NCBI GenBank assembly: GCA_019120115.1
Contig: DWVS01000020.1
Coordinates: 1-43,352, forward strand
DNA: 43,352 bases
From: Candidatus Eisenbergiella intestinigallinarum
GTDB taxonomy: Bacteria > Bacillota > Clostridia > Lachnospirales > Lachnospiraceae
Reading direction: 5' to 3'
Part shown: positions 26,168 to 36,890 of the stretch, piece after piece
Numbering within the stretch: position 1 is the first letter of the stretch
Layout of the letters: the number at the start of each line of letters is the position of its first letter
Notes under the pieces: generated by a model
The model's database searches: none
What the model saw: the letters and a program-made list of their open reading frames with translations, nothing else
Told to the model about the DNA's origin: nothing
Translations under genes and position numbers: made by a program

Positions 26168-28075
26168 CTACCTCTTATAGTACTGGGCCTGCGCGTTCCA
26201 CAGTTCGCGGTACAGTCCCTCTTCTCCGATCAGCTGTTCATGGCTTCCCCTCTGCACCACCCGGCCGCCGTCAAAGACAAGAATATCCTGACAGAACCGG
26301 CAGGATGCCAGCCGGTGGGAAATATACAGGGCTGATTTCCGGGACGCGGTCTTCTGTGAAGCGCCATTTCCGCCGCCGTTTTTGCCGCCCTCTATCATCC
26401 GGTCAAAGCCCGCGTAAACCTCGTACTCCGATACCGGATCCAGCGCTGCGGTGGGTTCGTCCATGATGACAAACGGAGCATCCTTGTAAATGGCCCTCGC
26501 GATCGCCATTTTCTGCCTCTCCCCGCCGGAAAAATTCACGCCGTTTTCATCGTATTCCTTTCCCACACAGGTATGAAGTCCCTGTTCCATTCTTTCCGCA
26601 CGGTCCGTAAGGCCTGCCCGCTCCAGAGCATCCCATACGCGCGCTTCCACTGCCCCGCTGCTCTCCGCCGCAGCTTCCTCTGCCGCATCGGTTCCCGCGA
26701 TGTTTTCTCCCACCTCAAAGGCAAAAATCCGGAAATCCTGAAAGACCACTGCAAGCAGGTCGGTCCAGGCGTCGGAATCGTATTCCCGGATGTCCACACC
26801 ATTCACCCGGATGCAGCCCTCTGTCACTTCATAAAGGCCGCAGAGCAGTTTGATGAAGGTGGTCTTTCCGGAACCGTTTTTTCCCACAATCGCCAGCTTT
26901 TCTCCCGTATCGAAGCTGAGGCACAGATCATGGAGCACCTCCTCTCCGGAACCGGGATAGGAAAAGGAAACATGGTCAAACTCCACATGGAAACGTCCGT
27001 CCGGCCTTTGTACCGGAAGCTTTTTCCCTTCCTTTTTTCCGCTTCCCAGCTTTCGGAAGCGCACATAATCATGGCAGTATGCCCCATGGGTGCGGATCGC
27101 CGCGACCACGCTCATCAGATCCGCCATCGCTTCCGACATCTGGACAATTCCCGCCGCATAGGTCACCACGCTTCCAATGGTAATCAGTCCGAGCCAGGCG
27201 CGAAGCCCCGCGAACAGATAAACCAGCAGGCCGATCAGCGCCGTGGCCGCCCGCCGCACCATTTCCTCTTTTGCCACAAGGGAGCTTTCCGTATCCACCT
27301 CCGCCTGCACCCGGCTGCCCGCCTCGTCCGTCTGCTTCTTTACCAGTTCCTTCTGGCCGTACAGCCGCAGATCCTTCTGCCTTTCACTGGTTTCAAAGAT
27401 TCCCATATAGTATTCCAGCAGGCTTTCGTCCGCCGCCCTTTTTTCATGGGCCTTCCGGATCCGCTTTCCATACCGGATATCCATCCGGAAGCTGAAATAT
27501 ACCAGTCCCACAATCACCGCAAACAGCAGAAGGCTCGCCAGCCAGGAGTTCAGAAAGCCCTCCCGCAGAGGCTGCACCTGGGTAAAAAGCGGAAAAGCGA
27601 TCACCACGGCAGCAATAATCGCCGTCATCGCCTGGATGAAGCGCTTCCAGTCATCCAGCACCAGCCCGATCAGCCCGTGGTCCGTTCCCGCATTCCGAAT
27701 GGTATGCAGCATCGTGTGCGTCTGCGCCTCTTCCAGATGCGGATAGTCCATGTCGAGCAGCCTCTGATTCAGAAGCCCGTTTTGCTGCTCATAGATGAAG
27801 TCATGCTTCTGATTATGGATTTCCGTCAGAATGGAACTGAGGCAGTAACAGAGCGCTTCCAGCCCAAGCGCCGTCAGCGCCAGCTGCAGAAGCCGTGAAA
27901 ACGGAGCGCCCTCATATACCGCGTCCAGCAGAAATCCAAGGAGCACCGTGGTGATAAACGGCCGGATGCCGTCCAGAAGGGACAGCCCCACCGCGCTGAG
28001 AACCACCTTCCTGTATCCTGCCTTACAATAATCCCGAATCAGCGTAAACTGATCCAGTATCTCCCATTTTCCCAT
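26168..28075 (-). CDS. ABC transporter fused permease/ATP-binding subunit
   Basis: N-terminal TMD, GKNGSGKTT, FSGGERQK, FVIMDEPT, ISHRL. Confidence 0.93.
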   Translation of the reverse strand: MGKWEILDQFTLIRDYCKAGYRKVVLSAVGLSLLDGIRPFITTVLLGFLLDAVYEGAPFSRLLQLALTALGLEALCYCLSSILTEIHNQKHDFIYEQQNGLLNQRLLDMDYPHLEEAQTHTMLHTIRNAGTDHGLIGLVLDDWKRFIQAMTAIIAAVVIAFPLFTQVQPLREGFLNSWLASLLLFAVIVGLVYFSFRMDIRYGKRIRKAHEKRAADESLLEYYMGIFETSERQKDLRLYGQKELVKKQTDEAGSRVQAEVDTESSLVAKEEMVRRAATALIGLLVYLFAGLRAWLGLITIGSVVTYAAGIVQMSEAMADLMSVVAAIRTHGAYCHDYVRFRKLGSGKKEGKKLPVQRPDGRFHVEFDHVSFSYPGSGEEVLHDLCLSFDTGEKLAIVGKNGSGKTTFIKLLCGLYEVTEGCIRVNGVDIREYDSDAWTDLLAVVFQDFRIFAFEVGENIAGTDAAEEAAAESSGAVEARVWDALERAGLTDRAERMEQGLHTCVGKEYDENGVNFSGGERQKMAIARAIYKDAPFVIMDEPTAALDPVSEYEVYAGFDRMIEGGKNGGGNGASQKTASRKSALYISHRLASCRFCQDILVFDGGRVVQRGSHEQLIGEEGLYRELWNAQAQYYKR

Positions 28076-28091
28076 CGATTCACGCCCCCTC

Positions 28092-29912
28092 TCACGCATA
28101 ATACCGGCTCTGCATTTCGTACAGCTTCGCATAGCTTCCGCCTGCACGCATCAGCTCCTCATGGGTGCCCTCTTCCACGATCCGGCCGTTTTCCAAAAGC
28201 ACAATCCGGTCGCAGAACTGGGTAGATGCAAGCCTGTGAGAAATATAAACAGCCGTCGCATTCTCCATCGCTTCGCTGAAATTCTGGTACAGTTCATTCT
28301 CCGCGATCGGATCCAGCGCAGCGGTAGGCTCATCCAGAATGATGAGGGGCGACTCCTGATACAGCGCTCTGGCAAACAGCAGCTTCTGATATTCTCCGCC
28401 GGAAAAGTCCACACCGCCCTCCTGTACACCGGAAAGCATGGGTGTCTTTCCCTTTCGGGGCAGACGGTGGTAGCGTTCCTCGAATCCGGACAGGCGCAGC
28501 GACCGCTCCAGCTTCTCCGGATTTCTTTCTTCCTCCCCGCATCCCGTCAGATTTTCATCCAGAGAAAGCGGAAGCATGGTATAGTCCTGAAACAGAACGG
28601 AAAGCAGGCTGTAATATTCTTCCCGCTGATATTCACGAACCGGAATGTCGTTTAACAGAATCTCCCCTCCGGTGGGCTCATAAAAGCCGCAGATCAGCTT
28701 GACCAGCGTGGTTTTTCCCGCTCCGTTCAGTCCAAGAAGAGCCAGCTTCTCTCCCGGCTCCAGAACCAGATTCACATCCTTCAGAACCTGCGTTTCACTT
28801 CCCGGATAGGAAAAAGAAACGTGGCGCAGTTCCAGCTTTGCGGGACGCTTTTTCATCGCTTCCGTCCGCGCCGGGTTTTCCGGACGAACCCAGGCATTTT
28901 CCCAGGAAAGGAAGTCCCGCACATAGCTCATGGACATGTTGGCGCTGTTATAACTCAGAATCATATAAACCAGCCAGTTGAAAAAGCCGGCGAAGCTGCT
29001 CAGGAGGCTGATGTAGTAAACCAGCCCGGAAGCGGAAATCTCTCCTCCCGTCAGCAGATACAGCAGAGCCCCGTAGATGATTCCGTTCCTTGCGAACATC
29101 AGAAGGCTGCTGAAAATTCCTCTCACCTGATACCAGAAATGGATCTTTCCGAACAGCCGGTCCATCTCCTTCAGGGATTCTTCATATTTTTTCAGAAAAA
29201 GCTTCTGCAGCCGGTAGATCCGGATATCCTTTCCGGCGGCCGCGTCTCCCGCCTGCGTGCTCAGATAGGCTGTTCTGGACGCATACCGGCTGTTCTCTCC
29301 ATAATAGACGCTGTACATTTTCCTGGCAACGGACAGAAGCACATAATTTAGTGCAACTGAAATCATCACCACCAGCAGAAGCCACAGTCCTACCCTGGCG
29401 ATCAGAATTCCGTAGAAAGTCAGCAGAATCAGGCAGGAGCTTCCGCCGATCAGAAGATCCGGCATTCCGTACAGCCCTCTTCCATACCGGAGGGCCGCTG
29501 CCACATTTCCGATCGTCTCTCTGGATGGACCGTCTTCCAGCCTGTCGTAATCCAGATCCATGATTTTTGCCGTGAATTTTTTCCGAAAGAACTGAAGAAA
29601 AGAGGGCATGGAGCGCTCAAACCAGAGATTTGCCGCATAATCGCAGGTATTTCCGATCCATCTCACCAGACAGATTCCCACGATATGTATGACCAGTACA
29701 GCCAGTCCCACTCCCTCTTCCAGATCCTGCACCACTACGCTCGGAAGCAGCGTCTGGGCATAGGAGCCCGCCACGCTGGGAATGAACACCAGCAAAATGA
29801 TGAGCACCGCCGATTTTTTCCACTCCCACAGTGACTTCAATGTGTACCACAGGTTGCCGAAAATGCTGTAATGGCTCTTTCCTTTTCCATAACTGTGTGA
29901 AATGTACTGCAC
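28092..29912 (-). CDS. ABC transporter fused permease/ATP-binding subunit
   Basis: N-terminal TMD, GLNGAGKTT, FSGGEYQK, LIILDEPT, ISHRL. GTG start after GAGGGGGAG. Confidence 0.93.
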   Translation of the reverse strand: MQYISHSYGKGKSHYSIFGNLWYTLKSLWEWKKSAVLIILLVFIPSVAGSYAQTLLPSVVVQDLEEGVGLAVLVIHIVGICLVRWIGNTCDYAANLWFERSMPSFLQFFRKKFTAKIMDLDYDRLEDGPSRETIGNVAAALRYGRGLYGMPDLLIGGSSCLILLTFYGILIARVGLWLLLVVMISVALNYVLLSVARKMYSVYYGENSRYASRTAYLSTQAGDAAAGKDIRIYRLQKLFLKKYEESLKEMDRLFGKIHFWYQVRGIFSSLLMFARNGIIYGALLYLLTGGEISASGLVYYISLLSSFAGFFNWLVYMILSYNSANMSMSYVRDFLSWENAWVRPENPARTEAMKKRPAKLELRHVSFSYPGSETQVLKDVNLVLEPGEKLALLGLNGAGKTTLVKLICGFYEPTGGEILLNDIPVREYQREEYYSLLSVLFQDYTMLPLSLDENLTGCGEEERNPEKLERSLRLSGFEERYHRLPRKGKTPMLSGVQEGGVDFSGGEYQKLLFARALYQESPLIILDEPTAALDPIAENELYQNFSEAMENATAVYISHRLASTQFCDRIVLLENGRIVEEGTHEELMRAGGSYAKLYEMQSRYYA

Positions 29913-29933
29913 GAAAACTCCCCCTCTCCGTAC

Positions 29934-30803
29934 TCAAAGCTTCTCGCTGAATATATTCTTATATCCTTCCCCATAGATTTCCGTGGCGCTGGAAATGATC
30001 ATAAAGGCGAGCGGATCCTCCTGCTTCACGATTTCTTCCGCCTTTGGCGCGATTGTGTTTCGCATGACGCACAGAATCACAGCCTTGGGATTGTTGCTGT
30101 ACGCTCCCTTTCCCTTCAGAAAGGTCACGCCTGCCTCCAGCTCGTCCATGATCCGCTGCGCGATTCTATCGGAGTGGTCGCTGATGATATAGACCAGCTT
30201 CGCCTCGTCAAAGCCGTAAAGCACGGCATCAAATACGATGCTGGTCACCACGACGGCCACGACCGCATAAAGAATGGTGTCAATGTCATCAAACACCAGA
30301 AGGGAGGCGGCTACGATCAGGATGTCCAGGATAAAAAACAGTCTTCCTGTTTTCAGATGGCGGTACTTCTGCCGCAGGAGTTTGACGATGATGTCCGTAC
30401 CGCCCGTGGTTGCGCCTGCACGAAACACAAAAGCAAGGCCGATCGCCATCACCGCGCCGCCAGCCAGAGACGCAAGCACCGGATCGGTTGTAACCGCGCC
30501 GAAACGGGCAAAAAAATTGGTGAACAGAGAGCTTAAAAATGTGGCATACAGGGTGGAAAGCAGGAAACGAAATCCGAATTTCCACAGCCCCACAGCCAGA
30601 ATCGGGATATTGATCAGCAGGATCCCCGTTCCGGTGGAAAGGCCGCTCAGACGGTTTAAAATCATCGCGATACCTGTTACGCCGCCTGGAGCCAGATTGT
30701 TCGGGTCCAGAAACAGGCTGACGCCGATACCGTATATGACGGTTCCCACCGTGATCAACAGGTAATCCATAAGCTCCCTTTTTACTGTTTTCTTCTCCTC
30801 CAT
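29934..30803 (-). CDS. YitT family membrane protein (DUF161 + DUF2179)
   Basis: LAPGGVTGIA, INIPIL, GATTGGTDI, GVT.L.GKGAYS, DPLAFMII....EIYGEG. Confidence 0.9.
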   Translation of the reverse strand: MEEKKTVKRELMDYLLITVGTVIYGIGVSLFLDPNNLAPGGVTGIAMILNRLSGLSTGTGILLINIPILAVGLWKFGFRFLLSTLYATFLSSLFTNFFARFGAVTTDPVLASLAGGAVMAIGLAFVFRAGATTGGTDIIVKLLRQKYRHLKTGRLFFILDILIVAASLLVFDDIDTILYAVVAVVVTSIVFDAVLYGFDEAKLVYIISDHSDRIAQRIMDELEAGVTFLKGKGAYSNNPKAVILCVMRNTIAPKAEEIVKQEDPLAFMIISSATEIYGEGYKNIFSEKL

Positions 30804-31069
30804 TCCATCCTCCTTTCCGGCTCGAACCGGCGGTTCGTGCCGCCCCTTTTTGTTCCTGAAAAGAGACTGCCGGACGAACCCTCTCCGGCCCGTCCGGCGC
30901 CATCTTCTTTTGTTCTCATTCTGCGGCAAAGCCGCGGAAATTATTCCGAAACTGCACAGATACGAAAATGTAAAAGCACGCAAATATCAGATTGCCAAAT
31001 TTCTCAGTCACGCAGCTTCCGGAAAATGCTGTCCGGATACAGCCTGGACTCTCAGCCTTTTCCGCCGCG

Positions 31070-32296
31070 TCACATGATCGTTCGTACCAGCTTCGGCTTA
31101 TAGCCTTCCTTCTCCAGAGCCGCAAGGATCTGTTCCTTGTGCTCCGTTCCAAAGGCCTCCAGCGTGATGCGCAGTTCCACGGCAGCACTTCTGTTAATGG
31201 ATACAAACTGGTTATGCTCCAGCTTGATGACGTTGCCGTTTACCTCCGCAATCACATGGGCCACTCTGGACAGTTCGCCCGGTCTGTCAGGAAGCAGCAC
31301 GGAGACGGTGAAAATACGGTCCCGCAGGATCAGGCCATGCTGTACAACAGAGGACATGGTGATTACATCCATGTTGCCGCCGCTTAAGATGGAAACCACC
31401 TTTTTGCCTTTTACATCCAGATGCTTCAGCGCTGCAACGGTCAGAAGGCCGGAATTTTCAACCACCATTTTATGATTCTCCACCATGTCCAGGAAGGATG
31501 TCACCAGCTCCTCATCCTTCACCGTTATGATTTCGTCAATGTTCTGCTGTATGTAGGGGAAAATCACAGAACCCGGCGTTTTTACCGCCGTGCCGTCCGC
31601 GATGGTATTCACGCCCTTCAGGGTGACCACCTTGCCCGCCTTCAGGGACTCCTGCATGCAGTTTGCTCCCGCAGGCTCCACACCGATCACGTGGATCTTG
31701 GGATTCAGGAGCTTTGCCAGCGTGGAAACGCCCGTGGCCAGGCCGCCGCCGCCGATGGGCACCAGCACGTAGTCCACCAGAGGAAGCTCCTTGAAAATCT
31801 CCATCATAATGGTCCCCTGTCCGGTCGCCACGGTTGGATCATCAAAGGGATGGATGAAGGTGTAGCCGTTTTCCTCCGCCAGCTCATAGGCCTTCGCGCA
31901 GGCCTCGTCGTACACATCTCCCCACAGCACCACCTCGGCGCCATAGCCCTTGGTGCGATTCACCTTCATGAGAGGCGTGGTTGTGGGCATGACGATCACC
32001 GCCTTGCAGCCGTAAGCCTTTGCCGCATAAGCCACGCCCTGGGCGTGATTTCCCGCGGAGGCCGTAATCAGACCGCGGCTTCTCTCTTCCTCTGAAAGAG
32101 TACTGATCTTATAATAGGCGCCCCGAAGCTTGTACGCGCCGGTAAGCTGCATGTTCTCCGGTTTGAAATAAACCCGGTTTCCCGACTGGCTGCTGAAATA
32201 TTCGCTGTAAACCAGCTTGGTTTCCTGAGTAACTCTTTTCACCACTTCGGAAGCCTCTTCGAATTTTTCCAGGGTAAGCATCTTTCCGTCTTCCAT
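31070..32296 (-). CDS. ilvA: Threonine ammonia-lyase (PLP) with C-terminal ACT domain
   Basis: KPENMQLTGAYKLRGA, ASAGNHAQG, HPFDD....GQGT, PIGGGGL, TIADG, LSGGNMD, ACT LPDRPGEL. Exact start is uncertain (32281-32332). Confidence 0.92.
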   Translation of the reverse strand: MEDGKMLTLEKFEEASEVVKRVTQETKLVYSEYFSSQSGNRVYFKPENMQLTGAYKLRGAYYKISTLSEEERSRGLITASAGNHAQGVAYAAKAYGCKAVIVMPTTTPLMKVNRTKGYGAEVVLWGDVYDEACAKAYELAEENGYTFIHPFDDPTVATGQGTIMMEIFKELPLVDYVLVPIGGGGLATGVSTLAKLLNPKIHVIGVEPAGANCMQESLKAGKVVTLKGVNTIADGTAVKTPGSVIFPYIQQNIDEIITVKDEELVTSFLDMVENHKMVVENSGLLTVAALKHLDVKGKKVVSILSGGNMDVITMSSVVQHGLILRDRIFTVSVLLPDRPGELSRVAHVIAEVNGNVIKLEHNQFVSINRSAAVELRITLEAFGTEHKEQILAALEKEGYKPKLVRTIM

Positions 32297-32318
32297 CTTT
32301 TCCTCCATGTCCTGTTTT

Positions 32319-33260
32319 TCAGTCATTCTCACTTTTTACGTCAAACAGCGCGTTGACGAACTGGTCCGGATCGAACTTCTGCAGATCCTCCATGTCCTCT
32401 CCCACGCCGATATATTTTACCGGAACGTTCAGCTCTGACTGAATGGCGACCGCGATACCGCCCTTTGCCGTTCCGTCCATCTTCGTCAGGATAATTCCCG
32501 TCAGGTCGGCCACCTCGCCGAATTCCCGCGCCTGCTGCAGCGCGTTCTGTCCGGTGGTGCCATCCAGAACCACCAGATTCTCCCGGTGGGCATCCGGGAA
32601 TTCCCGGTCGATGATGCGGTTCATCTTCCGAAGCTCTTCCATCAGATTTTTCTTATTATGAAGCCTTCCCGCCGTATCGCAGATCAGCACGTCCACATGC
32701 CTCGCCTTTGCCGCGTTCACCGCGTCGAACAGAACGCTCGCCGGGTCGGAACCCTCCGCCCCGCCGATCATGTCAACGCCCGCCCGGCTGGCCCAGCCCG
32801 CGAGCTGCTCTCCTGCGGCCGCGCGGAAGGTATCTGCCGCGGCGATGAGCACCTTTCTGCCCTGCGCCTTCAGCATGCCGGCAAGCTTCCCTACAGAGGT
32901 GGTTTTTCCCACCCCGTTCACGCCGATCACCAGAATGACGGACTGCTTTTTTTCAAAATCGTAAGCCGTCTCTCCGACCTGCATCTGCTCCCGGATGCTG
33001 TCAATCAGAAGCTGCCTGCAGTCCGAGGGCTCCTTGATGTGCTTCTCCTTCACCTGCTTTTTCAGACGGTCCAGAATATCGGAGGTGGCGTTCACGCCGA
33101 TATCTCCCATGATCAGGGTTTCCTCCAGCTCCTCGTAGAACTCGTCGTCTATGGCGGAAAAGCCGCTGAACACGGAGTCGATCCCGCTCACAATATTATT
33201 TCTCGTTTTGTTCAGGCCTTCTTTCAGCCTGGCAAAAAAGCCTTTCTTTTCTTCAGCCAT
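32319..33260 (-). CDS. ftsY: SRP receptor FtsY
   Basis: [50 protein letters not shown]. Confidence 0.97.
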   Translation of the reverse strand: MAEEKKGFFARLKEGLNKTRNNIVSGIDSVFSGFSAIDDEFYEELEETLIMGDIGVNATSDILDRLKKQVKEKHIKEPSDCRQLLIDSIREQMQVGETAYDFEKKQSVILVIGVNGVGKTTSVGKLAGMLKAQGRKVLIAAADTFRAAAGEQLAGWASRAGVDMIGGAEGSDPASVLFDAVNAAKARHVDVLICDTAGRLHNKKNLMEELRKMNRIIDREFPDAHRENLVVLDGTTGQNALQQAREFGEVADLTGIILTKMDGTAKGGIAVAIQSELNVPVKYIGVGEDMEDLQKFDPDQFVNALFDVKSEND

Positions 33261-33317
33261 ACATTTCTCCCTTCGCGGGCCCGCGCGGCTTACCGCTGCA
33301 TCCGCCCTGCCAATCCC

Positions 33318-36300
33318 TCAGTTCGTCAGTTCCTTATCAATCAGGCTCACGCTCACCAGCGTGGACACACCCTTTTCCTGCATGGTGATTCCGTACAGCC
33401 GGTCCGCCTTTTCCATCGTTCCCCTTCTGTGGGTGATGACGATGAACTGGGTGTGCTTCGTCAGCTTGTGCAGATAACCGGCGAACCGGCCCACGTTGCT
33501 GTCATCCAGAGCCGCCTCAATCTCGTCCAGCAGGCAGAAGGGCGACGGCTTCAGATTCTGGATGGCGAACAGCAGCGCAATGGCGGTCAGCGCCTTTTCT
33601 CCGCCAGACAGCTGCATCATATTCTGCAGCTTTTTCCCCGGCGGCTGGGCGATGATACGGATCCCCGCCTCCAGGATGTCCTCATCCTCCAGAAGCTCCA
33701 GCGTTCCCTTCCCGCCGCCGAACAGTTCCCGGAATACCTTGTCAAACTCTTCGGCGATCTGCGCGAATTTTTCCTGAAACTGCCTGCGCATGGCCTCGTC
33801 CAGCTGCAGAATAATTCCCCGCAGCGTTTCCTCCGCCTGCACCAGATCGTCGTGCTGGCCCTTCAGGAAGGTGTAGCGGTCCATCAGGTTTTTATAATCC
33901 TCAATGGCGTTCACGTTCACGTCTCCCAGCCTTCGGATCTCATCCTTCAGGGCGGAGATTTCCTTCTTCATGGCACCCAGATCCTGCAGCGCCTCATCCC
34001 GAAGAGCAGAGGCGCCTGTCAGAGTCAGTTCATATTCGTCCCACATATAATTGATCTGGCTCTCGATGGCTTCTTCCGTCTTTTCCCTCTGGGCGTTCAG
34101 GCGGTAAACCTCCTTGTCCAGACCGGAAACCGTTTCGGAAAGGCTTTCCCTTTCCGAAAAGAACCGTTTCTGCTTTGCGGAAAGCGCTTCCTTTCTTTCC
34201 AGGTCTGTCTGCAGCCTCAGCTGCCCCTCGCTTCCTGCCACGCCGGAAGCGGACAGGCTCTCCGTCAGGGAACGGATCTGTCCTTCCTTTTCCTGCATCT
34301 GCCGCTCATTCTCTTCCATTCCGGCGAGGACCTCTCTGCGTTCTTCTTCGAAACGGGACAGTTCGCCGCAGACACGATCCAGATTTTCCTGTGCAAAGCC
34401 CTGGGTCTGGCGGATCTTCTCGGCCTCCATTTCAATGGCGGATACCTGAGCTGCCTGCCCGCTTTGTTCCTCTCTGATTTTTTCCAGCTTCTCCTGAGCC
34501 GCGGCGATCTGCGCTTCCAGATCCTTCTCCGTCTGCTCGGAAGCCGCCAGCTCCCGCTCCGTCTGCTCCCTGCTGTCCTTCAGTTCGGCCAGACGTCCGG
34601 TAATTTCCTCCTGCTCTTTCTTCAGATCGTCATAGCCCGCCTGGGTCTGCTCCTTTTTCTCCCGGGCTGCAGCCACGTTCATACGCGCCGTATTCTGCCG
34701 GATGAATTCCTGCTGCAGCTGCTCCTTCGTTTGATCCAGCTTCACCCGCAGGAGAGCGCGCTGCTTCCGGATTTCCTCCGCTTCCTCCAGCAGGGCATCC
34801 ACCTGCTTCAGCGTCGCTTTGACCTTTTCCTGAAGCTGTTCGATCTCCCTGCGGCGTCCCAGCAGGTTGCTGCTGTTCTTAAACGCGCCGCCGCTGATCG
34901 CTCCGCCGGGCGTAAAAAGCTCGCCCTCCAGCGTGACCATGCGCAGGCTGTAGCCTGTCTTTCTGGCAAGCCGCACCGCGTTGTCCACATGATCGATCAC
35001 CAAAATCCTGCCAAGCAGAGAAGCCGCCACATCCCGGTATTTTTCCTCCGTGGTCACCAGAGAATCCGCAAGGCCGATGACGCCAGGCTCCGAAAGCAGC
35101 TGCCTCTGGCGGAATTCCTGCCGGAACTCCGGTCTGCTCTTCACGCTGGTCAGAGGCAGAAAGGTGGCTCTTCCGCCCTTCACCGCCTTCAGGAAAGCAA
35201 TCATCTCCTTTGCGGTATCCTCATTGTCCGTCACGATGTTCTGGATGCTGCCGCCGAGAGCCGTCTCGATGGCGGTTTCATACTTTTTCTCCACCTTCAG
35301 AAGGTCCGCCACCACGCCGAGAATGCCGGGATGCTTCTCCTTCTGCTCCATGACCCGCTTGACGCTCCCGCCGTAGCCCTCATAGCGCTCCGTCAGGTTG
35401 ACCAGAGCGTCCAGTCTGGATTTTTCCTGATGATAGATGACCTGCGCATCGCGCACCGCCTGATCCTTCTTCGCCAGCCCGTCCCGGATCCCGTTCAGCT
35501 GTTCCTCCAGAGCGCTGATGGAATCATTCAGAGCGGAAATGCCCTCGCTGATCCGGTTGAACTCCTCTTCCAGCTCCTGGATGCCCGCATCCTGCTGTTC
35601 CTCGTCCGATTTGGCCCGAAGCAGCCTGGAGTTCAGCTCCGCTCTTCTGATCTGCACCTGTTCCAGCATGGTATCGAAGCGTCCCATCCGGGTCTTGATG
35701 GCGGCGCGTTCGTTCAGCACTTCAATGATCCGGCTGCGCCCTTCGTCAATAAGGCCGTCGGTCTCATCCGCCCTTGCCTGGATGGAAGCCAGAAGGGCCG
35801 CTGCATGCGCCCGCTTCTCCTCCATCTCCGAAAGATTCCGGTCAGTCTCTTCCTTGCCGGCCTCGATCTTTTTCCGCTCCTTCGTGCGTTCCTCAATCTC
35901 CCGCTCCAGTGTTTCTTTACGTCCCGACAGATGGCGGGCGCTCGCCTGTGCGGAATTGATCTGTTCCTTTAAAACGTTGATCTCGCCTTCCAGCCGGCTT
36001 TTCAGCATGGCAGCGTCCGAAAGCTCCGTCCTGGTCTTTTCGATGCTCTGATCCAGCGCATCGATCTCTTCCTGCACGCTTTCATATTCTTCCCGGATCC
36101 GGCTGTATTTTTCCGTGGTTTCTTCCAGTTCCTTCGAGGCGTTTTCGTATTTTCCGTTCAGATCGGAAAGCTGCTCCGAAAGCCTGCGGTTTTCCAGCAG
36201 GAAAACGTTCACGTCCAGCCTCTTCTGATCTTCCTTTTTCTTCAGGTAGATTCTGGCCTTCTCCGCCTGTTTTTCCAGAGGCCCGGTCTGCTTTTCCAGC

Positions 36301-36890
36301 TCGGAAAGAATGTCCCGGACACGCAGCAGGTTCTGCTTTTCATCCTCCAGCTTCTTCTGCGCGGCGGCTTTCCTGCGCTTGAACTTCACGATGCCGGCCG
36401 CCTCGTCGAACAGCTCCCTTCTCTCCTCCGGCTTGCCGGAAAGAATCCGGTCGATCTGGCCCTGCCCGATGATGGAATAGCCCTCCTTACCGATACCCGT
36501 ATCGTAGAAAAGCTCGTTCACATCCTTGAGCCTGCAGGGGGTGCCGTTCATCAGATACTCGCTCTCGCCGGAACGGTAGATCCGCCTCGCTACCGTGACT
36601 TCGTCGTAGTCCACCGCCAGCTGGTGATCCGAATTGTCCAGGGTAATCGCCACATAGGCATAGCTCATGGGCTTTCTCACCTCGGTGCCGGAGAAAATGA
36701 CGTCCTGCATGGAGGCGCCGCGCAGCTGCTTCACCCGCTGCTCGCCCAGCACCCAGCGCACCGCGTCCGCCACGTTGCTCTTTCCGCTGCCGTTGGGACC
36801 CACGATTCCCGTGATTCCGTTGTGAAATTCAAACGTGATTTTATTTGCAAAGGATTTGAATCCGTGTACCTCAATGCTCTTTAAATACAT
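33318..36890 (-). CDS. smc: Chromosome segregation protein SMC
   Basis: MYLKSIEVHGFKSF, GPNGSGKSN, hinge GRATFLPL, coiled coils, LSGGEK, LLDEIEAALD, ITHR. Confidence 0.98.
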   Translation of the reverse strand: MYLKSIEVHGFKSFANKITFEFHNGITGIVGPNGSGKSNVADAVRWVLGEQRVKQLRGASMQDVIFSGTEVRKPMSYAYVAITLDNSDHQLAVDYDEVTVARRIYRSGESEYLMNGTPCRLKDVNELFYDTGIGKEGYSIIGQGQIDRILSGKPEERRELFDEAAGIVKFKRRKAAAQKKLEDEKQNLLRVRDILSELEKQTGPLEKQAEKARIYLKKKEDQKRLDVNVFLLENRRLSEQLSDLNGKYENASKELEETTEKYSRIREEYESVQEEIDALDQSIEKTRTELSDAAMLKSRLEGEINVLKEQINSAQASARHLSGRKETLEREIEERTKERKKIEAGKEETDRNLSEMEEKRAHAAALLASIQARADETDGLIDEGRSRIIEVLNERAAIKTRMGRFDTMLEQVQIRRAELNSRLLRAKSDEEQQDAGIQELEEEFNRISEGISALNDSISALEEQLNGIRDGLAKKDQAVRDAQVIYHQEKSRLDALVNLTERYEGYGGSVKRVMEQKEKHPGILGVVADLLKVEKKYETAIETALGGSIQNIVTDNEDTAKEMIAFLKAVKGGRATFLPLTSVKSRPEFRQEFRQRQLLSEPGVIGLADSLVTTEEKYRDVAASLLGRILVIDHVDNAVRLARKTGYSLRMVTLEGELFTPGGAISGGAFKNSSNLLGRRREIEQLQEKVKATLKQVDALLEEAEEIRKQRALLRVKLDQTKEQLQQEFIRQNTARMNVAAAREKKEQTQAGYDDLKKEQEEITGRLAELKDSREQTERELAASEQTEKDLEAQIAAAQEKLEKIREEQSGQAAQVSAIEMEAEKIRQTQGFAQENLDRVCGELSRFEEERREVLAGMEENERQMQEKEGQIRSLTESLSASGVAGSEGQLRLQTDLERKEALSAKQKRFFSERESLSETVSGLDKEVYRLNAQREKTEEAIESQINYMWDEYELTLTGASALRDEALQDLGAMKKEISALKDEIRRLGDVNVNAIEDYKNLMDRYTFLKGQHDDLVQAEETLRGIILQLDEAMRRQFQEKFAQIAEEFDKVFRELFGGGKGTLELLEDEDILEAGIRIIAQPPGKKLQNMMQLSGGEKALTAIALLFAIQNLKPSPFCLLDEIEAALDDSNVGRFAGYLHKLTKHTQFIVITHRRGTMEKADRLYGITMQEKGVSTLVSVSLIDKELTN

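Noticed and set aside
30804-31069. GC-rich hairpins upstream of yitT as a possible riboswitch or T-box
   Set aside because: A hairpin (GCCGGACG/CGTCCGGC) is present, but I could not recognise any riboswitch or T-box consensus.
32586-35972. 1128-aa plus-strand ORF
   Set aside because: Antisense to smc/ftsY. Long stop-free reverse frames are expected opposite GC3-rich coiled-coil genes, and the Leu/Phe/Gln-rich sequence mirrors Glu/Lys/Leu codons.
36871-36890. 20-nt overlap of the rnc 3' end with the smc start
   Set aside because: Ordinary translational coupling with a short non-conserved C-terminal tail.
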